A DNA stretch of 64,000 nt. Origin: Thermoleophilia bacterium (lineage in GTDB: Bacteria; Actinomycetota; Thermoleophilia; Gaiellales; F1-60-MAGs149). The translations under genes and the position numbers were made by a program. Numbering within the stretch: position 1 is the stretch's first letter; every line of letters begins with the position of its first letter. The notes below the pieces were generated by a model. The model saw only the letters and a program-made list of their open reading frames with translations, had not been told where the DNA came from and did not search any database. Location: positions 1,098 through 65,097 of the forward strand of contig SHUX01000001.1 of NCBI GenBank assembly GCA_009694475.1, read 5' to 3'. Below are positions 27,202 to 35,584 of the stretch, piece after piece.

Positions 27202-28173
27202 CTATGTATCGCGGTCGACAACACCGCGGACGACCATCCGCAGGGGTGTTGTGTCGAGGTCGCCGGTGATCAAATCGAGGGCCTCTTCAGCCGTCCGAAC
27301 AAGCTCTCGTGCAGTGTCGCGTGCCTCGTCAAGCGCACCCAACTCGCCGACGCGCGCCAACAGCGGAAGCACGGCTGCAGGCGCCGGCTCGTGCCGCAAG
27401 GCCTCAGCAACCTCGGCGTCGGCACGCGCGGCGTAGAGCAGCGGTAGCGTGGCCGTGCCGCCGATCAGGTCTGTCCCGAGCACCTTGCCGGTCGTCGCAG
27501 AGAGACCGTCACAATCGAGGATGTCGTCGGAAACCTGGAAGGCGAGTCCGAGCAGGCGCCCATACTCGGCCAGCGCCTCTGCATCGGCGTCGCCGAGCCC
27601 GCCCAGGCGACCACCGAGCCCACAGGCCGCCGCGAATAGACGCCCTGTCTTGAGCGTGCAGCGCTCGAAGTACTGCTCCGGCGTCGTCTCGGGTCGGCGC
27701 GTCTGCAGCATCTGCAGGGCCTCCCCTTCCGACAGGCCAAGCGCCGCTTGAGCCAGCAGGGCAAGACTCTCCATATCGTTCGTCTCGGCGAGAACCGCAA
27801 AGGCACGTGCGAACAGGAAGTCGCCGGTAGCGCCCGCGATCCGATCGCCGTGCTGGGCCCAGACGGTCGGGCGTCCCCGGCGCAGCGAGGCGTGGTCGAG
27901 CACATCGTCGTGGACGAGTGTCGCCATGTGTACGAGCTCGACTGCACTACCAGCCCGGACGAGGTTCTCCGCAGACTGTCCGGCGGCAGGCGACGAGAGC
28001 AACACGAGCAGGGGGCGCAGGCGTTTGCCACCAGCCGCGAGCGTCTCGGCGGCTGTCGCGGCGGTCGAGCCGCCGACCCAAGCAACATCGGCTGCGAGCC
28101 TCTGCTCGACCCGCTTGAGGTAGTCACTAATACCCGGCAGTGCGAGCAGGTCGCTGTAGGTGATGGTACTCAC
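27202..28173 (-). CDS. Long-chain polyprenyl diphosphate synthase (HepT/IspB-like)
   Basis: 323 aa carrying both Asp-rich motifs, LVHDDVLD and QVSDDILD. Confidence 0.9.
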   Translation of the reverse strand: MSTITYSDLLALPGISDYLKRVEQRLAADVAWVGGSTAATAAETLAAGGKRLRPLLVLLSSPAAGQSAENLVRAGSAVELVHMATLVHDDVLDHASLRRGRPTVWAQHGDRIAGATGDFLFARAFAVLAETNDMESLALLAQAALGLSEGEALQMLQTRRPETTPEQYFERCTLKTGRLFAAACGLGGRLGGLGDADAEALAEYGRLLGLAFQVSDDILDCDGLSATTGKVLGTDLIGGTATLPLLYAARADAEVAEALRHEPAPAAVLPLLARVGELGALDEARDTARELVRTAEEALDLITGDLDTTPLRMVVRGVVDRDT

Positions 28174-28925
28174 GCAGCACTCCGAAGGACCGTTCCCACA
28201 TGCAGCGCCACGATGCCCCCACCGAGTGTGCGAAAGCGCACGTCGTCGAGGCCGGCCTCGTACATCACGTGCGCGAGCCGTGTAGTACCCGGAAAGCGTT
28301 TGACCGAGGCGGGAAGGTAGGTGTAGGCCGAGTTCTGTTTGTCGACGAGCCGCCCGACGCCGGGCACGAGGCGATCGAACCAGAGCGAGTGGAACGCGGA
28401 GGCGACACCCGACTCGGGCGTCGTAATCTCGAGGCAGACAACCTTGCCACCCGGACGGACGACACGAACAAGTTCGCGAAAGCCGCGACCTAGATCGGCA
28501 ACGTTGCGAATACCGAAGGCCACTGTGGCTGCTGCAAAGCGGTCGTCTTCGAAGGGCAGGTCCAGCGCATCGCCGTGGAGGAGCGTTGCCTGGTCGACAC
28601 CACGCTTGGCGATCTTGATGCGTCCACGATCGAGCATGCGCTCCGCAAAGTCGAGTCCGATCACCTCACCGCTCGGGCCGACGCGCTTGGCGAGCTCGAG
28701 CGTCAGGTCGGCCGTGCCGCAGCAGCAGTCGAGCACGCTCGCGCCCGTGCCAACCCCAGTCGCATCGGCCGCAAGACGACGCCAACGAACGTCGAGACCC
28801 GCCGTCATCACGCGATTCATCGCGTCGTACGGACGGGCAATGCGATCGAACATCGCCTGCACTCGTTCTGGTGGCAGCGTGCCGCTTTCAGCGCTGTACT
28901 TGACGGGGAGGTTGCTGTCGCTCAC
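28170..28925 (-). CDS. menG: Demethylmenaquinone methyltransferase
   Basis: A GTG at 28925 overlaps the ubiX stop (GTGA). Contains MFDRIARPYDAMNRVMT and the SAM motif VLDCCCGTAD. The upstream part of the 417-aa ORF is read-through. Confidence 0.9.
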   Translation of the reverse strand: MSDSNLPVKYSAESGTLPPERVQAMFDRIARPYDAMNRVMTAGLDVRWRRLAADATGVGTGASVLDCCCGTADLTLELAKRVGPSGEVIGLDFAERMLDRGRIKIAKRGVDQATLLHGDALDLPFEDDRFAAATVAFGIRNVADLGRGFRELVRVVRPGGKVVCLEITTPESGVASAFHSLWFDRLVPGVGRLVDKQNSAYTYLPASVKRFPGTTRLAHVMYEAGLDDVRFRTLGGGIVALHVGTVLRSAA

Positions 28926-29518
28926 GCGTCGGCTCCCCAGCGGGGCAACAACTCGTTGTCGATGCCGCAGAGATCGAGCACGCGGCCCGCGACGAAATCG
29001 ATCGCGTCCGTTAGCGTGTCGGGGTGGGTATAGAAGACGGGCATTGCGGGGGCGATAATCGCGCCTGCCTCGGCCAGCGTCGTCAGCGTGCGGAGATGCA
29101 GCAGGGACAGTGGTGACTCGCGCGGGACGATGATCAACTTGCGGCGCTCCTTGAGTGCGACACCGGCTGCGCGATGGATCAGGTTGGCCTGGCTCGTCGA
29201 GGCGATCGTGCCGCAGGTCGCCATCGAGCACGGGCAGATCACGTACGCATCGACCTTGGCAGAACCTGAGGCGTAGGGCGAGAACCAGTCCTCGTCGCCG
29301 TACAGCGTGGTGCCATCGCCGCCGTAGTCGGCGAGCAGACGCTGGATCGCCTCTGGGCCGGGGATCGAACGGTCGCGATAGACCTCCCACGCGATTACCT
29401 CGCCAGCGGCCTTCGAGGCACAAACGCCAACCTCAGCCCCCGCGGCGACCAGCCCCGCGAGCACGCGGGCGGCATAGGGTGCGCCAGAGGCGCCGGTTAT
29501 TCCGAGGAAGACTCGCAT
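28922..29518 (-). CDS. ubiX: Flavin prenyltransferase UbiX
   Basis: The ATG at 29518 gives MRVFLGITGASGAPYAARVL, and the length is 198 aa. Confidence 0.9.
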   Translation of the reverse strand: MRVFLGITGASGAPYAARVLAGLVAAGAEVGVCASKAAGEVIAWEVYRDRSIPGPEAIQRLLADYGGDGTTLYGDEDWFSPYASGSAKVDAYVICPCSMATCGTIASTSQANLIHRAAGVALKERRKLIIVPRESPLSLLHLRTLTTLAEAGAIIAPAMPVFYTHPDTLTDAIDFVAGRVLDLCGIDNELLPRWGADA

Positions 29519-29646
29519 AGTCAGAAACGGGTGATACGTGCAGAATACGACAGCACGGGTGTTTGCCCCGCTAGGTGATTCGCTGCCGGTTGCCGTCTGG
29601 CTGCCCCCCAAGGTGCCGGTCTGCCGACCCAGCCGTACCAGCCACC

Positions 29647-29684
29647 CCAAAACGACGAACGGCCGGGTGCAGCAACCCGGCCGT
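29647..29684 (-). terminator. Putative intrinsic terminator after qcrC
   Basis: On the minus strand the sequence reads ACGGCCGGGT-tgctgc-ACCCGGCCGT (10-bp GC-rich stem), followed by TCGTCGTTTTGG. It begins 34 nt after the qcrC stop. Confidence 0.5.
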
Positions 29685-29717
29685 CATCACCATCAAAAAC
29701 GTCTACTGCTGGCGCGT

Positions 29718-30593
29718 CTAGGGACCGGCCGCACTCGAGGCGGTGCCAGTAAAGAGGCCGCCGGCCTTCTCGCACGACGCGGGATAGGTCTCTTTCGCGG
29801 TGTCCGCATTCGGCCCTGGCGTCTCGCCAACCGCAGCCGACCAAGTAGCCACATAGCCTGCGAGACACGAGATCTCATCCTCGGTATAGGTGGCCTTAAA
29901 GGAAGGCATGCCACCCTGGCCATTCGTAATCAATTTGAGGGCTGTCGCGTAGTCGGGCTTGGCATCGTCTAGCACTGGTCCTACGTTGCCGGCAGTACCC
30001 GCGTTGGCGAGTACGTGGCACGTCGAACAGGCGCCACCCGCAAAGGCGGCTGCACCCGGCTCGGTTGACGCCGCACCACCCACGCCTGGAGCCTTCGAGC
30101 CGTAGAAGGTCAACGTCAAGAGCACGACCGGCACCATCACGCCGATTGCGAGCGCGATCGGACGGCGCGAGAGCCGACGATCGGGGTTGCGGTCGATGAA
30201 CGGCCAGCCGATCAAGAGCACCATCCAGATCGTCGGAATGATGATCGTGCCGACGATCAGCAGCTGAGGCGTCTTGAAGATGCGCAGCAACTCGAACAGG
30301 AAGAAGAAGTACCAGTCCGGCTGCGGGTGGTAGCCCAGCACACCCGGATCGGCCTTGGCCTCGTAGGCGGGTCCGAGCAGACCACCGACGCGCTCAGCTG
30401 TCGGATCAGCCGAAACCGGCCCAAATTGTGCGTACCAGAGAATCGTCAGCCCCATGATCAACGCTACGACGATCAGGCTGACGATCGTGTCGTGGAAGAC
30501 AGCATTCGGGAAGAACGGCTTACCGTGACGCTTCTGGAAGGCGTATTCGCGCTGGTATCCCTCGCGGCGCTCGCGGGCAGTGAGGCGTGGCAT
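29718..30593 (-). CDS. qcrC: Menaquinol:cytochrome c reductase cytochrome b/c subunit (subunit-IV-like domain fused to monoheme cytochrome c)
   Basis: 291 aa. The N-terminal three-TM region resembles the cytochrome b C-terminal/subunit IV part. The C-terminus carries the heme-c motif CSTCH and GGMPSF. Confidence 0.8.
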   Translation of the reverse strand: MPRLTARERREGYQREYAFQKRHGKPFFPNAVFHDTIVSLIVVALIMGLTILWYAQFGPVSADPTAERVGGLLGPAYEAKADPGVLGYHPQPDWYFFFLFELLRIFKTPQLLIVGTIIIPTIWMVLLIGWPFIDRNPDRRLSRRPIALAIGVMVPVVLLTLTFYGSKAPGVGGAASTEPGAAAFAGGACSTCHVLANAGTAGNVGPVLDDAKPDYATALKLITNGQGGMPSFKATYTEDEISCLAGYVATWSAAVGETPGPNADTAKETYPASCEKAGGLFTGTASSAAGP

Positions 30594-31306
30594 TAGACGT
30601 CATCCTCGGTCGGCTGCATGCGCGACCACGGCGGCGATGTAACGCCGAGCCGGACGACGAGCAGCATGTGCAGGAAGATCAGTCCGCCGATCGCGCTCGG
30701 CAGGACGAGCATGTGCAGCGAGTAGAAGCGCGAAAGCGTGTATGTGCTGATCTCTGGGCCGACCATCAGGATGTACGAGAGCGCCGGTCCGAGGATCGGT
30801 GCCGTGCCGTTGATGTTGACGCCGACGATCGTGGCCCAGTAGGCCCGCTCGTCAAAGACCAGCAGATAGCCGGTAAACGACATACCCATCACGAGGATGA
30901 AGATGATCGCTCCCGTGATCCACGTCATCTCGCGGGGATACTTATAGGCGCCAAAGAGGAACGTGCGTCCCATGTGCAAGAAGAGCAGCACGACCATTAT
31001 GGACGAGCCCCACTTGTGCATACCGCGCACAAGCCAGCCGAGCGTGGCGTCGTTGGTGATCCACTGGATCGTGCTCCAAGCGGTGTCCGGATCGGGCTGG
31101 TAGTACATCGCCAAGAGGATGCCGGTGGTGCTCTGCAAGATGAAGACGGTGATCAGCGCCGAGCCGAGCGTCTGCAGCCACGAGATGTCCTTGGGAACGT
31201 TGCGGAAGAGCATGAACTTGCCGAACGAGATCGCGCCGGAGCGCTCCTCGACCCAGTCGACCGGCATCATCGCGATTTCCTTCGGTGGCGGCAACAATGT
31301 AGACAT
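30593..31306 (-). CDS. qcrB: Menaquinol:cytochrome c reductase cytochrome b (b6-type, short)
   Basis: 237 aa with WLVRGMHKWGSSIMVVLLFLHM and YSLHMLVLP, which carry the His ligands of b6-type cytochrome b. Confidence 0.9.
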   Translation of the reverse strand: MSTLLPPPKEIAMMPVDWVEERSGAISFGKFMLFRNVPKDISWLQTLGSALITVFILQSTTGILLAMYYQPDPDTAWSTIQWITNDATLGWLVRGMHKWGSSIMVVLLFLHMGRTFLFGAYKYPREMTWITGAIIFILVMGMSFTGYLLVFDERAYWATIVGVNINGTAPILGPALSYILMVGPEISTYTLSRFYSLHMLVLPSAIGGLIFLHMLLVVRLGVTSPPWSRMQPTEDDV

Positions 31307-31320
31307 CGTGTTTTCCTGCC

Positions 31321-31947
31321 TCAGGACGGGGATGGGTAGAGCCAGCCGAGCAGCCCACCAACGGGCTCGCCGGGTAGCTTGAAGGTGTCGGTCATGACGA
31401 CTTTGCCGTCAACATCTTGCGTCGCGAAGGGGCGGCCGACATAGAGCATGCCGCCGTCGACCTTGTACTCGAAGCGGTTGAGCGGGCGTACAGGCGGGCC
31501 GGCTGTGACGATGCCCTCCGTGTCGTACTGGCCACCATGGCACGGGCAGGCGAAGTTTGTCGCCTTGAACTGCACGGGGCAACCCAGATGCATGCAGACG
31601 TTGGAGATGATCGTGAACTCTTCGGCACCATCGCGACGCACGTAGGCGACGCGACGATCGAGCTCGCCGAGCTTGCCGCGCTCGAAGATAACCGGCTCGT
31701 AGGTGCCCTCTTTAAAGTTCTTGTTGTCGACGGGACCGAAACTCGCCCAGTACCAATCCTGCGTCTCAAACGAGGGGCCAAGCAGGAAGCCGACGACTGG
31801 GACGGCAACCGCAATGCCGATCACGCCACCTAGACCGACAGTGGCACCGGTCAAGAATTTGCTGCGGCTGATGATCGCGCGCGGGTCCGCTGGATCCGAA
31901 TACGACGCTGCTCCGGCGCGCTCAGTCTTGCGATCAGCCACGTTCAA
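31321..31947 (-). CDS. qcrA: Rieske 2Fe-2S subunit of menaquinol:cytochrome c reductase
   Basis: Contains the Rieske boxes CMHLGCPV and CPCHGGQY. The start is either TTG at 31947 or GTG at 31941; the latter has a GAAGGGA Shine-Dalgarno sequence 6 nt upstream. Confidence 0.9.
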   Translation of the reverse strand: MNVADRKTERAGAASYSDPADPRAIISRSKFLTGATVGLGGVIGIAVAVPVVGFLLGPSFETQDWYWASFGPVDNKNFKEGTYEPVIFERGKLGELDRRVAYVRRDGAEEFTIISNVCMHLGCPVQFKATNFACPCHGGQYDTEGIVTAGPPVRPLNRFEYKVDGGMLYVGRPFATQDVDGKVVMTDTFKLPGEPVGGLLGWLYPSPS

Positions 31948-32028
31948 TCCCTTCAGTCACAAAGGTATCTTGGGGGTGTTGCCCTCGGGATGTCAAAATC
32001 GCCACGAATCGCACAATCCTCGAATCAT

Positions 32029-32448
32029 TCATTTCGGACTCGTTTCGACATGATTCAGCGAACACGAATTGATGCAGTAGCGCATTCCCGTCGGACCGGG
32101 ACCATCGGGGAAGACGTGTCCAAGGTGGCCGCCGCAGTTCTTGCAGACGACCTCGATGCGGCGCATGCCATGCGTGACATCCTCGCGGGCGGCAACGTTG
32201 TCGTCGAGCACAGGGCGCGTGAAGCTGGGCCAGCCTGTGCCAGAGTCGAACTTGTCGTCCGAGTGGAACAGCTCGGTTCCGCAGCCCGCACAGGCGTAGA
32301 CGCCCGGCGTGTGATGATCGACATAGGCGCCGGTAAATGGGGGCTCGGTGCCTTGCTGCCGAAGCACGGCGTACTGCTCTGACGTCAGTACCTGACGCCA
32401 TTCCTCGTCGGTGCGTTGCACGCTTACCATTTCCTCAGGCAGAATCAT
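32029..32448 (-). CDS. msrB: Peptide-methionine (R)-S-oxide reductase
   Basis: 139 aa with CAGCGTELF, CKNCGGHLGHVF and RYCINS. Confidence 0.95.
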   Translation of the reverse strand: MILPEEMVSVQRTDEEWRQVLTSEQYAVLRQQGTEPPFTGAYVDHHTPGVYACAGCGTELFHSDDKFDSGTGWPSFTRPVLDDNVAAREDVTHGMRRIEVVCKNCGGHLGHVFPDGPGPTGMRYCINSCSLNHVETSPK

Positions 32449-32501
32449 CAGTCGTCACGTCCGCCTGCGAGCATACCCAGCGTTGTCCCCGGAACGGTCA
32501 T

Positions 32502-33956
32502 CTAGCGGACGCTCCCCGGTAGATCAATCCCAAACGAGGCCCACCGCGCATCGACCTGTGCCTTGACCTCAGCGGGAATCCGGTTGACCTCGGGCCAGCC
32601 GCGCGCATACCCTTCGCCCTCCCACGTCGCCGTCGCATCGAAACCGATCTTTCCTCCGAGCGCCTTGATGCGGGCAGCATGGTCGAGCTGATCAATCGGA
32701 CCGTAGGACATCAGAATGTCGTGAGCAGGATCGACGTTGGCGCCGAGTTGCCAGACGACCTCGGTGTAGTTGTGCACGTCGACCCACTCGTCGACCACGA
32801 TCACGGCCTTCGTCAACGACAGTAGACCCGTACCCCAGATCGCACTCATCACCTTCTGCGCATGCCCGGGGAAGCGCTTCTGAATCGAGACGATCACACA
32901 GTTATGAAACGTGCCGGCGTAGGGAATGTCGTAATCGACTACCTCGGGGAGCGTGACGCGCACGGCCGGGAGAAAGATCCGCTCGGTCGCCTTGCCGAGC
33001 CAGAGGTCCTCGCAGGGCGGCGGACCAACCACGATCGACGGATAGATCGGGTCGCGGCGCGACGTGATCGCCGTCACGTGCATGACGGGAAAATCGTCGA
33101 CGGGCGTGTAGTAGCCCGTGTGGTCACCAAACGGTCCCTCCGGCTTCGTCTCGCCCCGTACGCAGTAGCCCTCAATGATGATCTCTGCATTGGCCGGCAC
33201 CTGCAGGTCGACGGTCTTGCACTGGACCACTTCGATTGGTTGATCTCGCAGCCAGCCAGCAATCATGTACTCATCGATGTGCTTTGGCAGCGGCATCGAA
33301 CCCGAGTAGGTCGTGATCGGATCGGTGCCGAGCGCGAGCGCGACCTCCATGCGCCCCTCGCCTTCGCGATGGTCGGCAGCAGCATCCTTATGCATCTGCC
33401 AGTGCAGGCCGAGTTCGTGCTTGCCGTGCTTCTGCAACCGGTACATGCCCACGTTGCGACCGCCGGTGACCGGATCCTTGGTGATCACGTTGGCCAGCGT
33501 CATGTAGGGACCGCCATCGTTGGGCCATTGGAACTGGATCGGCAGGAGATCCAGATCCGGCTCGGGCCAGACGATCTCTTGGCAGGCGCCAGAGCGCACG
33601 ACCTTCGGACGCGCATCCGCAACGCCCTTCAGGCGGCGGAGCGCCTGGACCTTGTCTTTGAGTCCCTCTGGGGGCTTGAGGTCAAGCAGTTCGCCGATCT
33701 CGTCGCCAATCGAATCGAACTCGTCTCGACCGAGCGCGAGCAGCATGCGCCGCTCGGTACCGAACTGGTTGATCAGCAGCGGAATCCTCGACCCCTTGAC
33801 GTTGCTACAGAGGAGCGCCGGGCCACCGCCCTTGAGTGAACGATCGGCGATCTCCGTAATCTCGAGGTAGGGGTCGACCTCCTGCGTGATCTCGACCAGT
33901 TCGCCCTCGCGACGCAAGAGCGCGATCCAGTCGCGGAGGTCCTTCGGGCCATTCAT
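32502..33956 (-). CDS. ubiD: UbiD-family decarboxylase (menaquinone biosynthesis decarboxylase)
   Basis: 484 aa with a UbiD family-wide pattern (GGPYMTLANVITKDP, GRNVGMYR, DHTGYYT). Confidence 0.9.
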   Translation of the reverse strand: MNGPKDLRDWIALLRREGELVEITQEVDPYLEITEIADRSLKGGGPALLCSNVKGSRIPLLINQFGTERRMLLALGRDEFDSIGDEIGELLDLKPPEGLKDKVQALRRLKGVADARPKVVRSGACQEIVWPEPDLDLLPIQFQWPNDGGPYMTLANVITKDPVTGGRNVGMYRLQKHGKHELGLHWQMHKDAAADHREGEGRMEVALALGTDPITTYSGSMPLPKHIDEYMIAGWLRDQPIEVVQCKTVDLQVPANAEIIIEGYCVRGETKPEGPFGDHTGYYTPVDDFPVMHVTAITSRRDPIYPSIVVGPPPCEDLWLGKATERIFLPAVRVTLPEVVDYDIPYAGTFHNCVIVSIQKRFPGHAQKVMSAIWGTGLLSLTKAVIVVDEWVDVHNYTEVVWQLGANVDPAHDILMSYGPIDQLDHAARIKALGGKIGFDATATWEGEGYARGWPEVNRIPAEVKAQVDARWASFGIDLPGSVR

Positions 33957-34501
33957 CGGGCATCCCTCATCAGGCGTCGGTGCTCTGCCAGCGGACCAAC
34001 AGCGTCCACGTCAGCAACCAGTCGAGAGAGGCGGGTGGGATCGCCCGTGCGCAATGCCTCGCGCGCCTCGGAGAGTGACTGATCGCGCGGGCCGGCGAGG
34101 TGGCGGACTGTCGCGAGCCACAACTCGGCATCGACGATCACTCCCCCCTCCGCCCGCAGATGGGCGGCCAAGGAGACGAGGTCGGCGAGTGCGGCAATCG
34201 CCTCGACATCGCCTGCGGCACAGACCTGCACGAGACCAGTGGCGTAGAGGTAGTCGCCGAGCAAGAGCCCCTGCTCGCGGTCTGGTGCCGCAAAGACACG
34301 GCCGCGTGGCGCGTGGTGCACAAGGTAACCCTCGTAGATCGTCTCGACACCGTCCGCAAAGGCGTCACCGGCGATCGGTCCGAACACTTCGGCACCGTCG
34401 CGCTCGGACGGAGCGAGCACAGAGCGCGCCCAGACGTCACTGCTCTGCGCAGCCAACTCGACGATGCGGTCGACCCGCGAGGCGATGTCTACGCCAGCCA
34501 T
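33953..34501 (-). CDS. Hypothetical protein, possible degenerate polyprenyl-synthase-like subunit
   Basis: 182 aa with ATGA coupling to ubiD. The segment VETIYEGYLVHH...LLLGDYLYATG...DVEAIAALADL aligns by eye with VELVHMATLVHDD...ATGDFLFARA...DMESLALLAQ of the synthase at 27202-28173, but both DDxxD motifs are absent. Confidence 0.45.
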   Translation of the reverse strand: MAGVDIASRVDRIVELAAQSSDVWARSVLAPSERDGAEVFGPIAGDAFADGVETIYEGYLVHHAPRGRVFAAPDREQGLLLGDYLYATGLVQVCAAGDVEAIAALADLVSLAAHLRAEGGVIVDAELWLATVRHLAGPRDQSLSEAREALRTGDPTRLSRLVADVDAVGPLAEHRRLMRDAR

Positions 34502-35523
34502 CGCGCAACGTCTGAGGCGCTGTAGGTGATGACCGCGCGTGCGCCCGCACGGCGGATCGCAAGCAGCGACTCGAGCATCGCCGCGTCGAAGGCGAAGGCG
34601 CCCGCATCAGCGGCGTGGCGCAGCATCGCGTACTCGCCCGATACCTGGTACGCGAGCACGGGCAGATCGCTCTGTTGCGAGAGGTCAGAAATCACATCGA
34701 GCGCGGTTATTGCGGGCTTGACCATCAACATGTCTGCCCCCTCTTCTTCGTCGATCAGCCCCTCGCGGACGGCCTCGATCCGGTTGGCTGGATCGAGCTG
34801 GTGCGAGCGTCGATCGCCGGCCGCGGGTGTCGAGTGTGCGGCGTCGCGGAACGGCCCGTAGAGAGCAGAGGCGAACTTTGAGGAGTAGGCGAGGATGCCG
34901 ACGGATTCGGCGAAGCCCTCTTCGTCGAGCGCATCGCGGATAACACCAATGCGACCATCGAACATGTCGGAGGGTGCGACGAGGTCGGCGCCGGCGCGGG
35001 CGTGCGCGACGGCCGCACGAGCAAGCGCCGGCAGCGAAGCGTCGTTGAGGATCTCGCCGTTCGGACCCACGAGTCCGCAGTGACCGTGGCTCGTGTACTG
35101 GCAGAGACAGACGTCGGTTGCGATCACGAGGTCCGGCGCCGCCGAACGAATCGCTCGCACCGCCGTCGGCGTGGGACCGTCGGGATCCCAAGCCGAGGTA
35201 CCCTCGGCATCCTTCTGGTCGGGTAGACCAAACAGTAAGACGCCGCTGACACCAAGCGCGGCGGCCTCAACGGCGAGCTCGGCGGCAAGGTCGGGCGTCA
35301 CACGATCGACGCCGGGCAGTGCGCCAATCGGCTCGCAGCGCCCCTCACCAGGCAGCACGAACAGCGGCAGGATCAGTTGCGCGGGTGTCAGCGTGGTCTC
35401 ACGCAACAGGGCGCGGAGCCCAGGCGTGCGGCGATTGCGGCGTGGTCGGCTCTCAGGGAACACCCTAGAAGGGTAGGCGAGGTCGTGCGGCTTCTGCGCC
35501 TCCCCGTCGACAGGCGGGCGCAT
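34489..35523 (-). CDS. hemB: Porphobilinogen synthase
   Basis: Contains RPRRNRRTPGLRALLRET, DVCLCQYTSHGHCG and MVKPA (catalytic Lys region). The start is uncertain, either ATG at 35523 or GTG at 35463. Confidence 0.9.
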   Translation of the reverse strand: MRPPVDGEAQKPHDLAYPSRVFPESRPRRNRRTPGLRALLRETTLTPAQLILPLFVLPGEGRCEPIGALPGVDRVTPDLAAELAVEAAALGVSGVLLFGLPDQKDAEGTSAWDPDGPTPTAVRAIRSAAPDLVIATDVCLCQYTSHGHCGLVGPNGEILNDASLPALARAAVAHARAGADLVAPSDMFDGRIGVIRDALDEEGFAESVGILAYSSKFASALYGPFRDAAHSTPAAGDRRSHQLDPANRIEAVREGLIDEEEGADMLMVKPAITALDVISDLSQQSDLPVLAYQVSGEYAMLRHAADAGAFAFDAAMLESLLAIRRAGARAVITYSASDVARWLA

Positions 35524-35584
35524 AGTCCGTCGTGCGCCCAGCAGCCAACGGTGTCGATGAGACCGGAACCTGCCGGTCACACAC

